Translations under genes and position numbers: made by a program
Notes under the pieces: model-generated
Database searches by the model: none
What the model was told of the DNA's origin: nothing
What the model saw: the letters and a program-made list of their open reading frames with translations, nothing else
Source of the DNA: Alphaproteobacteria bacterium
GTDB lineage: Bacteria; Pseudomonadota; Alphaproteobacteria; Rickettsiales; UBA8987
DNA: 64,000 nucleotides
Assembly: GCA_030429625.1 (NCBI GenBank)
Contig: JAUIFA010000003.1
Location: forward strand, 278,734 to 342,733
Reading direction: 5' to 3'
Part shown: positions 10,757-19,723 of the stretch, piece after piece
Position numbering within the stretch: position 1 is the first letter of the stretch
How the letters are laid out: each line of letters starts with the position of its first letter

Positions 10757-10759
10757 GAA

Positions 10760-13585
10760 TTACGCCCCCTCATGCGTGGCAGCAGGCTGTTCCAGAGGCA
10801 GAATAAATACAAATTTACTTCCTCCATCAGGATTATTTTCTGCATGAATTCTTCCACAATGATATTCTATAATCTCTTTACAGATTGCCAAGCCAAGACC
10901 CGTACCGCCCGCGCCAGTTTTTGTTTTACTGCTTTGAATAAATTTATTGAAAACAGCTTCAAGTTCACTATCCGGGATGCCGATGCCGTTATCAATAACT
11001 GAAATGGTTAAGGATGGTACAATTTTGCCATCAATTTTTATCTTTGAATCTTCAGCCTTAATAATAATTTTAGACTTTTCATGAGAAAATTTGATGGCAT
11101 TGGACAATAAATTCCATAATACTTGAGAAATCTTATTATTATCAATTTCTACCGTTTTTTCCTTACACTCTTTTATAAAATCAAGCGTTAATTTTTTATC
11201 GGTAAGAAGCGGTTGGATTTGAGTAGCCACGTCTTTGAATAAGCTTTCTATACCTACACTAATAAAATTCATTTCCATTCGCCCTGATTCCATCTTAGAC
11301 AGGTCAAGCAGGTCGTTTAAAAGTGTTAAAAGTCTCTTCCCACTATCATTTATGGATTTAAAGAAGCCCATAATCTTCTCTTTAGGAGCACTGTCAAATT
11401 TCTTAACTCCCAAATCAGAATAGCTTAGAATTGCGTGCATAGGGGTGCGTAATTCGTGTGATATGTTGGCCAGAAATTCACTCTTTGCAATATTTGCTTC
11501 CTGAGCTTGTCGGGTTGCCTCCTGTAATTCTGCAGTTCTTTCTTCTACTAAATCTTGCAGATTGTCCCGATGTTTTCTAATTTCTTCTTCAGCATATTTT
11601 CTTTCCACCACACGTCCAATCTGGGTGCCAATATTACTTAATAAAGAAAGTAACTCTTCATTACGATTTTGAATACGTAATGTAAAAAATTCTAATATTG
11701 CGCTGACCTCTTGCCCAGATATAATTGGGACAGCGACCGCAGTACTTATTCCTATTTCTTTTGCAGCGAGGACTCTTTCTTTATAAAGTTCATTGAGATC
11801 ATTGCTCCAAATAGGCTGTCCACTACTAAATGTCATTCCTACAATACCAACCCCTGCATTGACAGTAGTATTTTCTGATATACGTATAAAATCTTCTGCA
11901 TTGTTTTTTAGCGGGCCAAACCATATTTTTGTTGAGACTAATTTGTTTTTATCTTTATCATAAATATAGGCATGGCCTAATGTCCAATTGGTAAACTTAC
12001 AGATATGTTCCAAACAGATAGAGACGGCTTCCTCAATTGAATAGGCATTATTTGTCGATGAGGTTATGTTTTGAAGCAGCTGGATGGCCTTTGTTTCATG
12101 CTTTAATTTGATGTTTGTTTCTTTTAATTGTCTTTCCGATATCTTACGTTTGGTAATATCTTTAAAGGCAATGACCGCATGAGTGATGTTTCCATTCTCA
12201 GAAATTACCGGTGAGGAACTATATTCAACATAAATATTATGTCCGTCTTTATGTACAAAAAGTTCATTGTCAACCTTATAGGATTGCCCTTTTGTATATG
12301 TTTTATATATTGGGGAATTACTATCGTCGTATTTTATATTACTTGATTCTCGACTTAGTAAATATTTATAAATTTTTTCTCCTAGTAACTCATGCTCTTT
12401 ATAACCCAATATTTTTAGGGCGGCATAGTTTGCCATGGTTATTTCACCATTGGTGTTAATGCTAAATATACCATCCCCTATGGAATTAAGAATTAGTTCA
12501 GTTAGTTTCTTTTCTGAGTTCAGCTCCAGTGTTTTCTTGTTTACAAGATTTTCAACTCTTTTTCGTTGTTTAATTAAGATTAGTAGGTATAGCGTGAGAG
12601 TAAATACAATACTCAAGGACATTACCAATAACATTATATCATTAAGACTAATGCCTGTTTGATAATAGCCCTTCAAAGGGGAGGTGGTAATTCTCCATAA
12701 TTTGCCAGCAATTTCCATGGTTTCTGAAAGATTAAAATTATTGTCAAACGTAATAATTTTTTTCTCTGGTGAAGCGATGATATCCACATTTGGATTATAT
12801 TTATATACAGTTAGTGGATAATCTTCATCGGTGATATCAGATAATTCCACAACAACACCTTCAGCTTCAAGGTTTAACATCAGACTTTCAACAACATTTT
12901 TTACGGAAATGGTAACCGACGTTAGCCCCTCTAACTTGTCGTATTTAAAAATAGGGGTGTAGGAAACAATATAGTTTTTTTCATCTAGATCAAATTCATT
13001 ATAAACGGGTTTAGTTATTACTGTTATATTATTATTCCAAGCTTCCAATATAGTGGATAACTTATCCAAATCAGACGATTCATCATAGCCAAGAAACTGA
13101 TCCAAATATTCTTCAGGTGTCATATAAACAATTGGAAAATAATAGTCCTTGTTCATGGGATAATCATACGTATCAACAGAATGATTATCTGTGCTAGAGT
13201 ATTTTATTTCTGGAATTTCATTACTTTCTAAAAATTTTTCTAAGTTGGATTTTGGAACATAAGGCATCCATTTGAAGGAGCTAACCGCAGAATCTTGCTT
13301 TAAAATTTTTTTGGTAAAAATAGAAAACTCCATTTTATCCACAAAAGAGGAGGAATCATACAGTGCCGATATTTCACTTGACCTTGCTATAGAACGATTT
13401 ATTGCGTCTTCGATTAGCAAAATTCTATCAACAGAGTCCGCCTGAAATTTATCAATAATCTTTAAATTGGTTGAGTGGTATGAATTCCAAAAAATATATA
13501 TTGCAATGCTAATACCAACAAGAACTGTAACAATAACAGGAAAAACACTCCTAAAACCAGAAAATTTACTTTTGTTTTTTATCAA
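10760..13585 (-). CDS. Sensor histidine kinase (TM - CHASE-like periplasmic domain - TM - PAS - GAF - HisKA - HATPase)
   Basis: 941 aa with a TTG start, the first possible start after an in-frame stop. H-box SHELRTPM and ATPase boxes NAIKF, DNGIGI, GTGLGL. No receiver domain and no adjacent response regulator. Confidence 0.85.
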   Translation of the reverse strand: MIKNKSKFSGFRSVFPVIVTVLVGISIAIYIFWNSYHSTNLKIIDKFQADSVDRILLIEDAINRSIARSSEISALYDSSSFVDKMEFSIFTKKILKQDSAVSSFKWMPYVPKSNLEKFLESNEIPEIKYSSTDNHSVDTYDYPMNKDYYFPIVYMTPEEYLDQFLGYDESSDLDKLSTILEAWNNNITVITKPVYNEFDLDEKNYIVSYTPIFKYDKLEGLTSVTISVKNVVESLMLNLEAEGVVVELSDITDEDYPLTVYKYNPNVDIIASPEKKIITFDNNFNLSETMEIAGKLWRITTSPLKGYYQTGISLNDIMLLVMSLSIVFTLTLYLLILIKQRKRVENLVNKKTLELNSEKKLTELILNSIGDGIFSINTNGEITMANYAALKILGYKEHELLGEKIYKYLLSRESSNIKYDDSNSPIYKTYTKGQSYKVDNELFVHKDGHNIYVEYSSSPVISENGNITHAVIAFKDITKRKISERQLKETNIKLKHETKAIQLLQNITSSTNNAYSIEEAVSICLEHICKFTNWTLGHAYIYDKDKNKLVSTKIWFGPLKNNAEDFIRISENTTVNAGVGIVGMTFSSGQPIWSNDLNELYKERVLAAKEIGISTAVAVPIISGQEVSAILEFFTLRIQNRNEELLSLLSNIGTQIGRVVERKYAEEEIRKHRDNLQDLVEERTAELQEATRQAQEANIAKSEFLANISHELRTPMHAILSYSDLGVKKFDSAPKEKIMGFFKSINDSGKRLLTLLNDLLDLSKMESGRMEMNFISVGIESLFKDVATQIQPLLTDKKLTLDFIKECKEKTVEIDNNKISQVLWNLLSNAIKFSHEKSKIIIKAEDSKIKIDGKIVPSLTISVIDNGIGIPDSELEAVFNKFIQSSKTKTGAGGTGLGLAICKEIIEYHCGRIHAENNPDGGSKFVFILPLEQPAATHEGA

Positions 13586-13770
13586 TTAATTACTCTGTAT
13601 TTTACAGTAGTGAACAATGTATTTATACCAACTGATTTAACATATAGCCCTAAACATATCTACCATTAATTGTAATGATTAATGATGATAGGTAATAATT
13701 CATATTTTACTTGTGATAACTAAATTAATATTTCATCCTAATATTTTTACGATCACTGTCAGGAAATAGC

Positions 13771-14517
13771 ATGAGTTATTGTCTTACTATCATGGAAGAA
13801 AACGGTTCTATTTTTACTACATTGTTTCTGGTAGGATTTTTTGGAGGATTTACTCACTGTGTTGGCATGTGCGGCCCTTTTGTAATTAGTCAGGTAACCA
13901 CAAAATCTCAATTGATAAACAGTAGTAATATGTCGGAATTAAAGCGCCTTTCTTCCGGACTTCTTATTCCCTATCATTTAGGCAGAATGACCACATATAC
14001 ATTACTTGGATCATTAGGTTCTGCAATGGTTAGTGCGATTCATAACAGCCTATTGTTTCATTATCTATCCGCTATTCTACTAACAATTGCCGGTTTTATA
14101 TTTATTTTTTCATCTCTAAACTTACAATATACATCCAAACCAACTCTACTAAAAATTCTACCAGCCAATTGGAGTAAAAATTTGCGGGCTATTCTTAGTA
14201 AAATGCTAGGTTATTTCTCTGAAAAACCAAACAATCTAAAGGGGTATTTTTTAGGTTTTTTTCTTGGATTTCTACCCTGTGGTATGGTATATGGAGCATT
14301 GGCTGCTGCGATTTCAGCATCTATGGGGAATATACTAACAGGTGCATTTGCCATGATGTTTTTTGCAGCAGGCACCATTCCCGCACTGGTTGTAATGGGG
14401 GTGGGTAGCCATTTTTTCCTTAGAAAATGGCATAAACAGTTTGGCTATCTTGCGCGTATCGTGATGATGGTCAGTGGCATAACCTTGTTAGCTATGTCAT
14501 ATAGTTCAGTTTTTTAA
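13771..14517 (+). CDS. DsbD_2/COG2836-family polytopic membrane protein (often annotated TauE/SafE-like), associated with cbb3 clusters
   Basis: 248 aa with multiple TM segments and the motif FTHCVGMCGPF. Its stop codon abuts the ccoN ATG. Confidence 0.7.
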   Translation: MSYCLTIMEENGSIFTTLFLVGFFGGFTHCVGMCGPFVISQVTTKSQLINSSNMSELKRLSSGLLIPYHLGRMTTYTLLGSLGSAMVSAIHNSLLFHYLSAILLTIAGFIFIFSSLNLQYTSKPTLLKILPANWSKNLRAILSKMLGYFSEKPNNLKGYFLGFFLGFLPCGMVYGALAAAISASMGNILTGAFAMMFFAAGTIPALVVMGVGSHFFLRKWHKQFGYLARIVMMVSGITLLAMSYSSVF

Positions 14518-15978
14518 ATGGAGTGTACAATGAGTACAGAAATAACAGCAAATAAGGTAAATTACGCGGATAAGACAATCAAGCTTTTTGCGATAATTAC
14601 TGTTTTCTGGGCAGTAGTTGGTTTCCTTGTCGGTGATTTTATTGCCTGGCAAATGGCTTATCCTGTATTAAATTTTGATCTTGAATGGACATCGTTTGGT
14701 CGTTTGCGTCCTTTGCACACGTCGGCAGTGATTTTTGCCTTTGGTGGTAATGCGCTTTTGACAACGAGCCTATATATTGTTCAGCGCACCTGCCAGGCAC
14801 GACTTTTTGGTGGTGAAGCGGCAGCTAAGTTTCTTTTTTGGGGCTATCAGTTGGTAATTGTTCTGGCAGCTCTGGGATATGTTTTAGGTGTAACACAAGG
14901 CAAAGAATATGCAGAGCCAGAATGGTATGTTGATTTGTGGTTAACTGTTGTGTGGGTGGTCTATCTTATTGTCTATCTTGGCACTCTAATGCGTAGAAAA
15001 GAACCTCATATATATGTCGCCAATTGGTTTTTCCTTGCCTTTATTGTTACCGTTGCGGTGTTGCATATTGTAAATAATCTTGCTGTTCCTATCTCAGCGG
15101 GTTCTCCTTATAGTGTTCCACTATTTGGCGGAATGCAAAGCGCAATGATTCAGTGGTGGTATGGTCACAATGCGGTAGGCTTTTTCTTAACAGCAGGCTT
15201 CCTTGGCATCATGTATTATTTTGTACCTAAGCGCGCACAACGCCCTGTTTATTCTTACCGTCTGTCCATTTTACACTTCTGGTCATTGGTCTTTATTTAC
15301 ATCTGGGCTGGCCCTCACCATTTACATTATACTGCGTTGCCTGACTGGGCACAAACTCTTGGCATGACCCTGTCTGTGATGTTATGGATGCCCTCTTGGG
15401 GTGGGATGATTAATGGTATTATGACCCTTTCAGGTGCGTGGCATAAATTACGTGAAGATCCTGTGTTGCAGTTTATGATCGTTTCCCTTGCCTTTTATGG
15501 TATGAGCACGTTTGAAGGTCCTTTAATGTCGATTAAAGAAGTCAATGCCTTAAGCCACTATACAGACTGGACAATTGGTCATGTGCATTCCGGTGCACTA
15601 GGCTGGGTTGCTTTTGTAAGCTTTGGTGCGTTGTATACGTTGTTTCCAGCTCTATGGCATAAAAAGAATGTTTATTCTTATGCTCTAGTACGTTGGCATC
15701 TGTGGGTATCCACCATCGGGATTGTACTTTACATCAGCTCTATGTGGGTAGCCGGCATTATGCAAGGCCTTATGTGGAGAGCGTATGATGAGCTTGGCTT
15801 CCTTGAATATTCATTTGTTGAGGTGGTTGATAAAATGCATATTTATTATGTAATCCGTGCTGCGGGGGGGGCGTTATTCCTTATCTCTGCTTTAGTGATG
15901 GTTTATAATCTTTATAAAACCGTTAAATCTGAGAAATTCTCAAACGGTGAATCTAACCTTGTTAAACAAGCCGCATAA
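14518..15978 (+). CDS. ccoN: cbb3-type cytochrome c oxidase subunit I
   Basis: 486 aa polytopic heme-copper oxidase with [13 protein letters not shown] and the downstream His ligands. Followed by ccoO, ccoQ and ccoP. Confidence 0.95.
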   Translation: MECTMSTEITANKVNYADKTIKLFAIITVFWAVVGFLVGDFIAWQMAYPVLNFDLEWTSFGRLRPLHTSAVIFAFGGNALLTTSLYIVQRTCQARLFGGEAAAKFLFWGYQLVIVLAALGYVLGVTQGKEYAEPEWYVDLWLTVVWVVYLIVYLGTLMRRKEPHIYVANWFFLAFIVTVAVLHIVNNLAVPISAGSPYSVPLFGGMQSAMIQWWYGHNAVGFFLTAGFLGIMYYFVPKRAQRPVYSYRLSILHFWSLVFIYIWAGPHHLHYTALPDWAQTLGMTLSVMLWMPSWGGMINGIMTLSGAWHKLREDPVLQFMIVSLAFYGMSTFEGPLMSIKEVNALSHYTDWTIGHVHSGALGWVAFVSFGALYTLFPALWHKKNVYSYALVRWHLWVSTIGIVLYISSMWVAGIMQGLMWRAYDELGFLEYSFVEVVDKMHIYYVIRAAGGALFLISALVMVYNLYKTVKSEKFSNGESNLVKQAA

Positions 15979-15990
15979 GGAGGATTATTC

Positions 15991-16707
15991 ATGTTTAAAC
16001 ATTCTACATTAGAAAAAAACTCAATCTTCCTAACCATAGGAATCATAATTATGATTTCTGTGGGGGGGTTAGTTGAAATAATACCTTTGTTTGACAAAGA
16101 AACTACGATTGAAAAAGTAGAAGGAGTGCGACCACGGACTCCTCTAGAACAAATTGGGTTTAATATCTACATACGTGAAGGTTGCTATGGCTGCCACTCT
16201 CAACAAGTGCGTGTGCTGCGTGATGAGGTAGAGCGTTACGGTCATTATTCTCTGGCAGCAGAAAGTATGTACGATCATCCTTTCCAATGGGGATCTAAAC
16301 GTACGGGGCCTGATCTGGCACGTGTGGGCGGAAAATATTCTGACGAATGGCACCGCGCTCATATGATCAATCCTCGTGACTTAGTTCCTGAGTCTATTAT
16401 GCCGGGTTACCCTTTTATGGCGGATAGAGAAATCAAAGTCGCTGATATTGGTGATTACCTAAAAGCAAGTAACATGGTGGGTGTGCCTTATAGCGAAGCA
16501 CAAATCCAAAACGCTGCTGCTGACGCAAAAACACAAGCCATGCCAGACAGCAATGACGTAGAAGGATTTGAATCTCGTTATAAAAATATGATTGTGCGTG
16601 ATTTTGACGGCAATCCAGAAAAAGTAACTGAATTGGATGCCTTGATTGCCTATTTGCAAACATTGGGTACTATGGTTGATTTCAGCACCTACAAAGAGGT
16701 TGAATAA
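15991..16707 (+). CDS. ccoO: cbb3-type cytochrome c oxidase subunit II (monoheme)
   Basis: 238 aa with an N-terminal TM helix and a single CYGCH heme-binding site. Confidence 0.95.
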   Translation: MFKHSTLEKNSIFLTIGIIIMISVGGLVEIIPLFDKETTIEKVEGVRPRTPLEQIGFNIYIREGCYGCHSQQVRVLRDEVERYGHYSLAAESMYDHPFQWGSKRTGPDLARVGGKYSDEWHRAHMINPRDLVPESIMPGYPFMADREIKVADIGDYLKASNMVGVPYSEAQIQNAAADAKTQAMPDSNDVEGFESRYKNMIVRDFDGNPEKVTELDALIAYLQTLGTMVDFSTYKEVE

Positions 16708-16709
16708 TC

Positions 16710-16865
16710 ATGATTGAATTTTTATCAAATCCAACAAATGCCGGAACGATTGGTTTATTATTTTTCTTTATAGTGTTTTGCTATATTGCATTTATGACTT
16801 TCCGTCCGTCAAAAAAACAAGAAATTAATGAACTTGGAAAAATTCCACTTAAGAACGATAATTAG
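16710..16865 (+). CDS. ccoQ: cbb3-type cytochrome c oxidase subunit CcoQ (small membrane subunit)
   Basis: 51-aa ORF, below the track cutoff: MIEFLSNPTNAGTIGLLFFFIVFCYIAFMTFRPSKKQEINELGKIPLKNDN. It has one TM helix and sits in the canonical slot between ccoO and ccoP. Confidence 0.75.
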   Translation: MIEFLSNPTNAGTIGLLFFFIVFCYIAFMTFRPSKKQEINELGKIPLKNDN

Positions 16866-16886
16866 TCGGGTGGAAGGAGAAATAAA

Positions 16887-17732
16887 ATGTCTGAAAAAGA
16901 AATAGATAAAGTTACAGGAACAGAGACAACCGGTCATGAGTGGGACGGTATTCGTGAATTGAATACCCCAACACCACGTTGGTGGTTACTAACATGGCTA
17001 GCAACCATTATATTTAGTGTGTGGTATTATGCTGCGTACCCTACCTTCCCAGGAATGGATGGGTATCTTGGCTGGACGTCCCACAAACAGTTAAAATCTG
17101 AACAGGCAGAAATCACTGCCCGTAAGGCAAAATATCTTAATAAATTTAAGAGTGCCAGTTTAGAAGAGATTAATTCTGACAGAGAGCTTTTACACTTTGC
17201 TAAGGCCGGTGGGGCTGCCTTCTTCAAAGACAACTGCGCTACGTGTCATGGTTCAGGCGGTGCGGGTAATGTAGGTTATCCAAATCTAAATGATGACGAT
17301 TGGCTGTGGGGCGGAACTTTAAACGATATTTATACTACGATTAAATACGGTATTCGTTCGGGTCACGACGAAGCGCGGGATTCTCAAATGCCGGCCTTTG
17401 GTAGAGACGAATTGCTTGAAAAACAAGAAATTACAGACGTGGTTCAACATGTTCTGTCTCTTTCTGGCAAAGCTAAAGCCAACACTTCTGGTGCAGTTAT
17501 TTTTGCTGAGAACTGTGCTGCTTGTCATGGCGAAGATGGAAAAGGCGGACAGGATTTTGGTGCACCAAATCTTGCTGATGAAATCTGGCTTTATGGAAGT
17601 GATGTTCAAGCTGTAACTAATAGCGTTACAAACGCACGCGCTGGCATGATGCCAACTTGGGAAGCGCGGTTAGATGATGACACCATCAAACAATTAACTG
17701 TGTATGTCCATAGCCTTGGTGGTGGTAAATAA
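16887..17732 (+). CDS. ccoP: cbb3-type cytochrome c oxidase subunit III (diheme)
   Basis: 281 aa with an N-terminal TM helix and two CxxCH sites (CATCH, CAACH). Confidence 0.95.
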   Translation: MSEKEIDKVTGTETTGHEWDGIRELNTPTPRWWLLTWLATIIFSVWYYAAYPTFPGMDGYLGWTSHKQLKSEQAEITARKAKYLNKFKSASLEEINSDRELLHFAKAGGAAFFKDNCATCHGSGGAGNVGYPNLNDDDWLWGGTLNDIYTTIKYGIRSGHDEARDSQMPAFGRDELLEKQEITDVVQHVLSLSGKAKANTSGAVIFAENCAACHGEDGKGGQDFGAPNLADEIWLYGSDVQAVTNSVTNARAGMMPTWEARLDDDTIKQLTVYVHSLGGGK

Positions 17733-17739
17733 TTATTGA

Positions 17740-17768
17740 GGGGGTAGCTTTGCTACCCCTTTTTATTT
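17740..17768 (+). terminator. Rho-independent terminator after ccoP
   Basis: The hairpin GGGGTAGC-tt-GCTACCCC is followed by TTTTTATTT. It separates ccoNOQP from ccoGHIS. Confidence 0.75.
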
Positions 17769-17792
17769 CTATTAGGTAATTTAAGGTTTACA

Positions 17793-19208
17793 ATGACTTC
17801 TCCCTTTGAACAAGAAAGTGATCATTTTTTTCAAAAACATGAGCGTATTTACCCGATGCGCGTATGGGGTAAATTCCGTATCCTAAAATGGGCTGCCATG
17901 ACCGGTCTTCTGGCAATTTATTACGTCACGCCTTGGATACGTTGGGATAGGGGAGAATATGCGCCGGATCAAGCCATTCTTATCTCCATCGCCCGTCAGC
18001 GTATGTATTTCTTTGATTTAGAAATCTGGCCTCAAGAAATTTATTTTGTCACCGGTATATTGGTATTATCGGCTCTTGGATTGTTTTATGTTACTTCACT
18101 TTTTGGTCGGGTGTGGTGTGGCTATGCCTGCCCACAAACCGTATGGACAGATCTCTTTGTCTGGGTAGAACGGATTGTTCAGGGGCGACGTAATGAACGT
18201 ATAAAGCTGGACAAAATGCCCCTGTGTTTTGAAAAAATATGGAAAAAAGGTCTAACGCATTTTATCTGGGTTTTAATAGGTATGGCAACAGGAGGGGCGT
18301 ACGTACTTTATTTTAACGATGCACCTACCGTAATACATCAGATCATACATTTTGAACTTCCCTTTGAAACCGGCGCGTGGATATTTGGCTTAACTGTTAG
18401 TACTTATGTACTGGCTGGACATGCACGGGATCAAGTCTGTTCTTTTATGTGTCCTTATGCGCGTTTCCAATCGGCAATGTTTGACAAAGACACGTTGATT
18501 ATCGGTTACGACGAAGAACGTGGAGAGCCCAGAGGCAAACATAAACAGGGCGAAAGCTGGGATGGGAGAGGCGACTGTATAGATTGTCATCGTTGTGTCC
18601 ATGTATGCCCACAGGGGATTGATATCCGCAACGGTCTGCAAATGCAGTGTATTGCCTGTGGGCTGTGCATTGATGCGTGCAATGAAATTATGGACAAAGT
18701 TGGACTCCCTCAAGGGCTTATTCGCTATGACAGTTACCACCATCTGCACAACAAGGAAGAAAAAGGCTTTCATCTTTTGCGCCCAAGAACAATTTACTAC
18801 ACCATCATTATGGCGGTAATATTTAGTGTATTTATCTACTTCTTACTGAATAAATCTCCGTTAGAAATGAATGTTATACGGGACAGAAACCCTATCTTTG
18901 TAAAACTTTCAGACGGCAGCATTCGCAACGCTTACACGATTAAAATTCTTAATAAAACCAGAGAAAAAAGAAATTATTCTCTTTCAATTATTGGTATTAA
19001 AGATGCAAAACTAAAATTGGAAGATGTTGATTTTGTTGACCTAAACAACATTAAAGTACAAAGTGATGGCGTGGCACAATATAGGTTGTATATCATTGCA
19101 CCGCCAACGTCCTTAAAAGGTAACCGAACAGACATTCGTTTGTCTCTGGTGGACAATGAAACACATTATCAAACCAACTATAAAGGGGTGTTTGTAAGTG
19201 GTAAATAG
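17793..19208 (+). CDS. ccoG: cbb3 oxidase accessory protein CcoG/FixG (polyferredoxin-like)
   Basis: 471 aa with TM segments. Cys motifs CGYACPQ, CIDCHRCVHVCP and CIACGLCIDAC. Confidence 0.9.
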   Translation: MTSPFEQESDHFFQKHERIYPMRVWGKFRILKWAAMTGLLAIYYVTPWIRWDRGEYAPDQAILISIARQRMYFFDLEIWPQEIYFVTGILVLSALGLFYVTSLFGRVWCGYACPQTVWTDLFVWVERIVQGRRNERIKLDKMPLCFEKIWKKGLTHFIWVLIGMATGGAYVLYFNDAPTVIHQIIHFELPFETGAWIFGLTVSTYVLAGHARDQVCSFMCPYARFQSAMFDKDTLIIGYDEERGEPRGKHKQGESWDGRGDCIDCHRCVHVCPQGIDIRNGLQMQCIACGLCIDACNEIMDKVGLPQGLIRYDSYHHLHNKEEKGFHLLRPRTIYYTIIMAVIFSVFIYFLLNKSPLEMNVIRDRNPIFVKLSDGSIRNAYTIKILNKTREKRNYSLSIIGIKDAKLKLEDVDFVDLNNIKVQSDGVAQYRLYIIAPPTSLKGNRTDIRLSLVDNETHYQTNYKGVFVSGK

Positions 19209-19701
19209 TGATGGAATTACTCTAGAAAAAGATAGCTTTAAGGATAAACTTATCCCTTGGTATTTCGTCTTATTCTTTTTGGTCGTGTTTATTGTGAATG
19301 GCTTCTTTGTCTATTTTGCCGTTTCCAGCTTTACCGGAGTCACCACCGAAGGTGCGTATACTAAAGGTGTTGCCTATAATGAAGTGGTGGCACAAAAGCG
19401 CAAGCAAGATGCCTTGGGATGGCAGGATAATTTTAGCCTAGAAAATGACGGTGATCATTATAAAATTTCTCTGTCTTTTAGTGATAAAAAAAGCGGAGAA
19501 CTTATCCCAATCGATAAGGTGACGGGTATTTTATTCCGTCCTTCAAACAGCGGGCATGATCTGAATCTTAATTTCACCAACAGTGAAGAGACGTATGTTG
19601 CCGAGTTTATTCCTCCACTAAAAGGCCAGTGGGAAGCACATATTGTTGCCTATAAGGGTGATAATCTGATAAAACATCGTTATGATGTGACCATTAAATA
19701 A
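19198..19701 (+). CDS. ccoH: cbb3 oxidase assembly protein CcoH/FixH
   Basis: 167 aa with a single N-terminal TM helix and a FixH-like periplasmic domain. GTG start overlapping the end of ccoG, in the canonical position. Confidence 0.8.
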   Translation: MVNSDGITLEKDSFKDKLIPWYFVLFFLVVFIVNGFFVYFAVSSFTGVTTEGAYTKGVAYNEVVAQKRKQDALGWQDNFSLENDGDHYKISLSFSDKKSGELIPIDKVTGILFRPSNSGHDLNLNFTNSEETYVAEFIPPLKGQWEAHIVAYKGDNLIKHRYDVTIK

Positions 19702-19723
19702 TTATTTATATATAAAGCTTCCT

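Noticed and set aside
13572-13585. FNR/FixK-like box TTGTT-TTTT-ATCAA upstream of the cco operon
   Set aside because: It matches 9 of 10 consensus positions of TTGAT-N4-ATCAA. However, it is largely a T-run, overlaps the kinase start codon, and lies about 186 nt from the first cco-operon ATG. It is too weak to call without a transcription start or comparative data.
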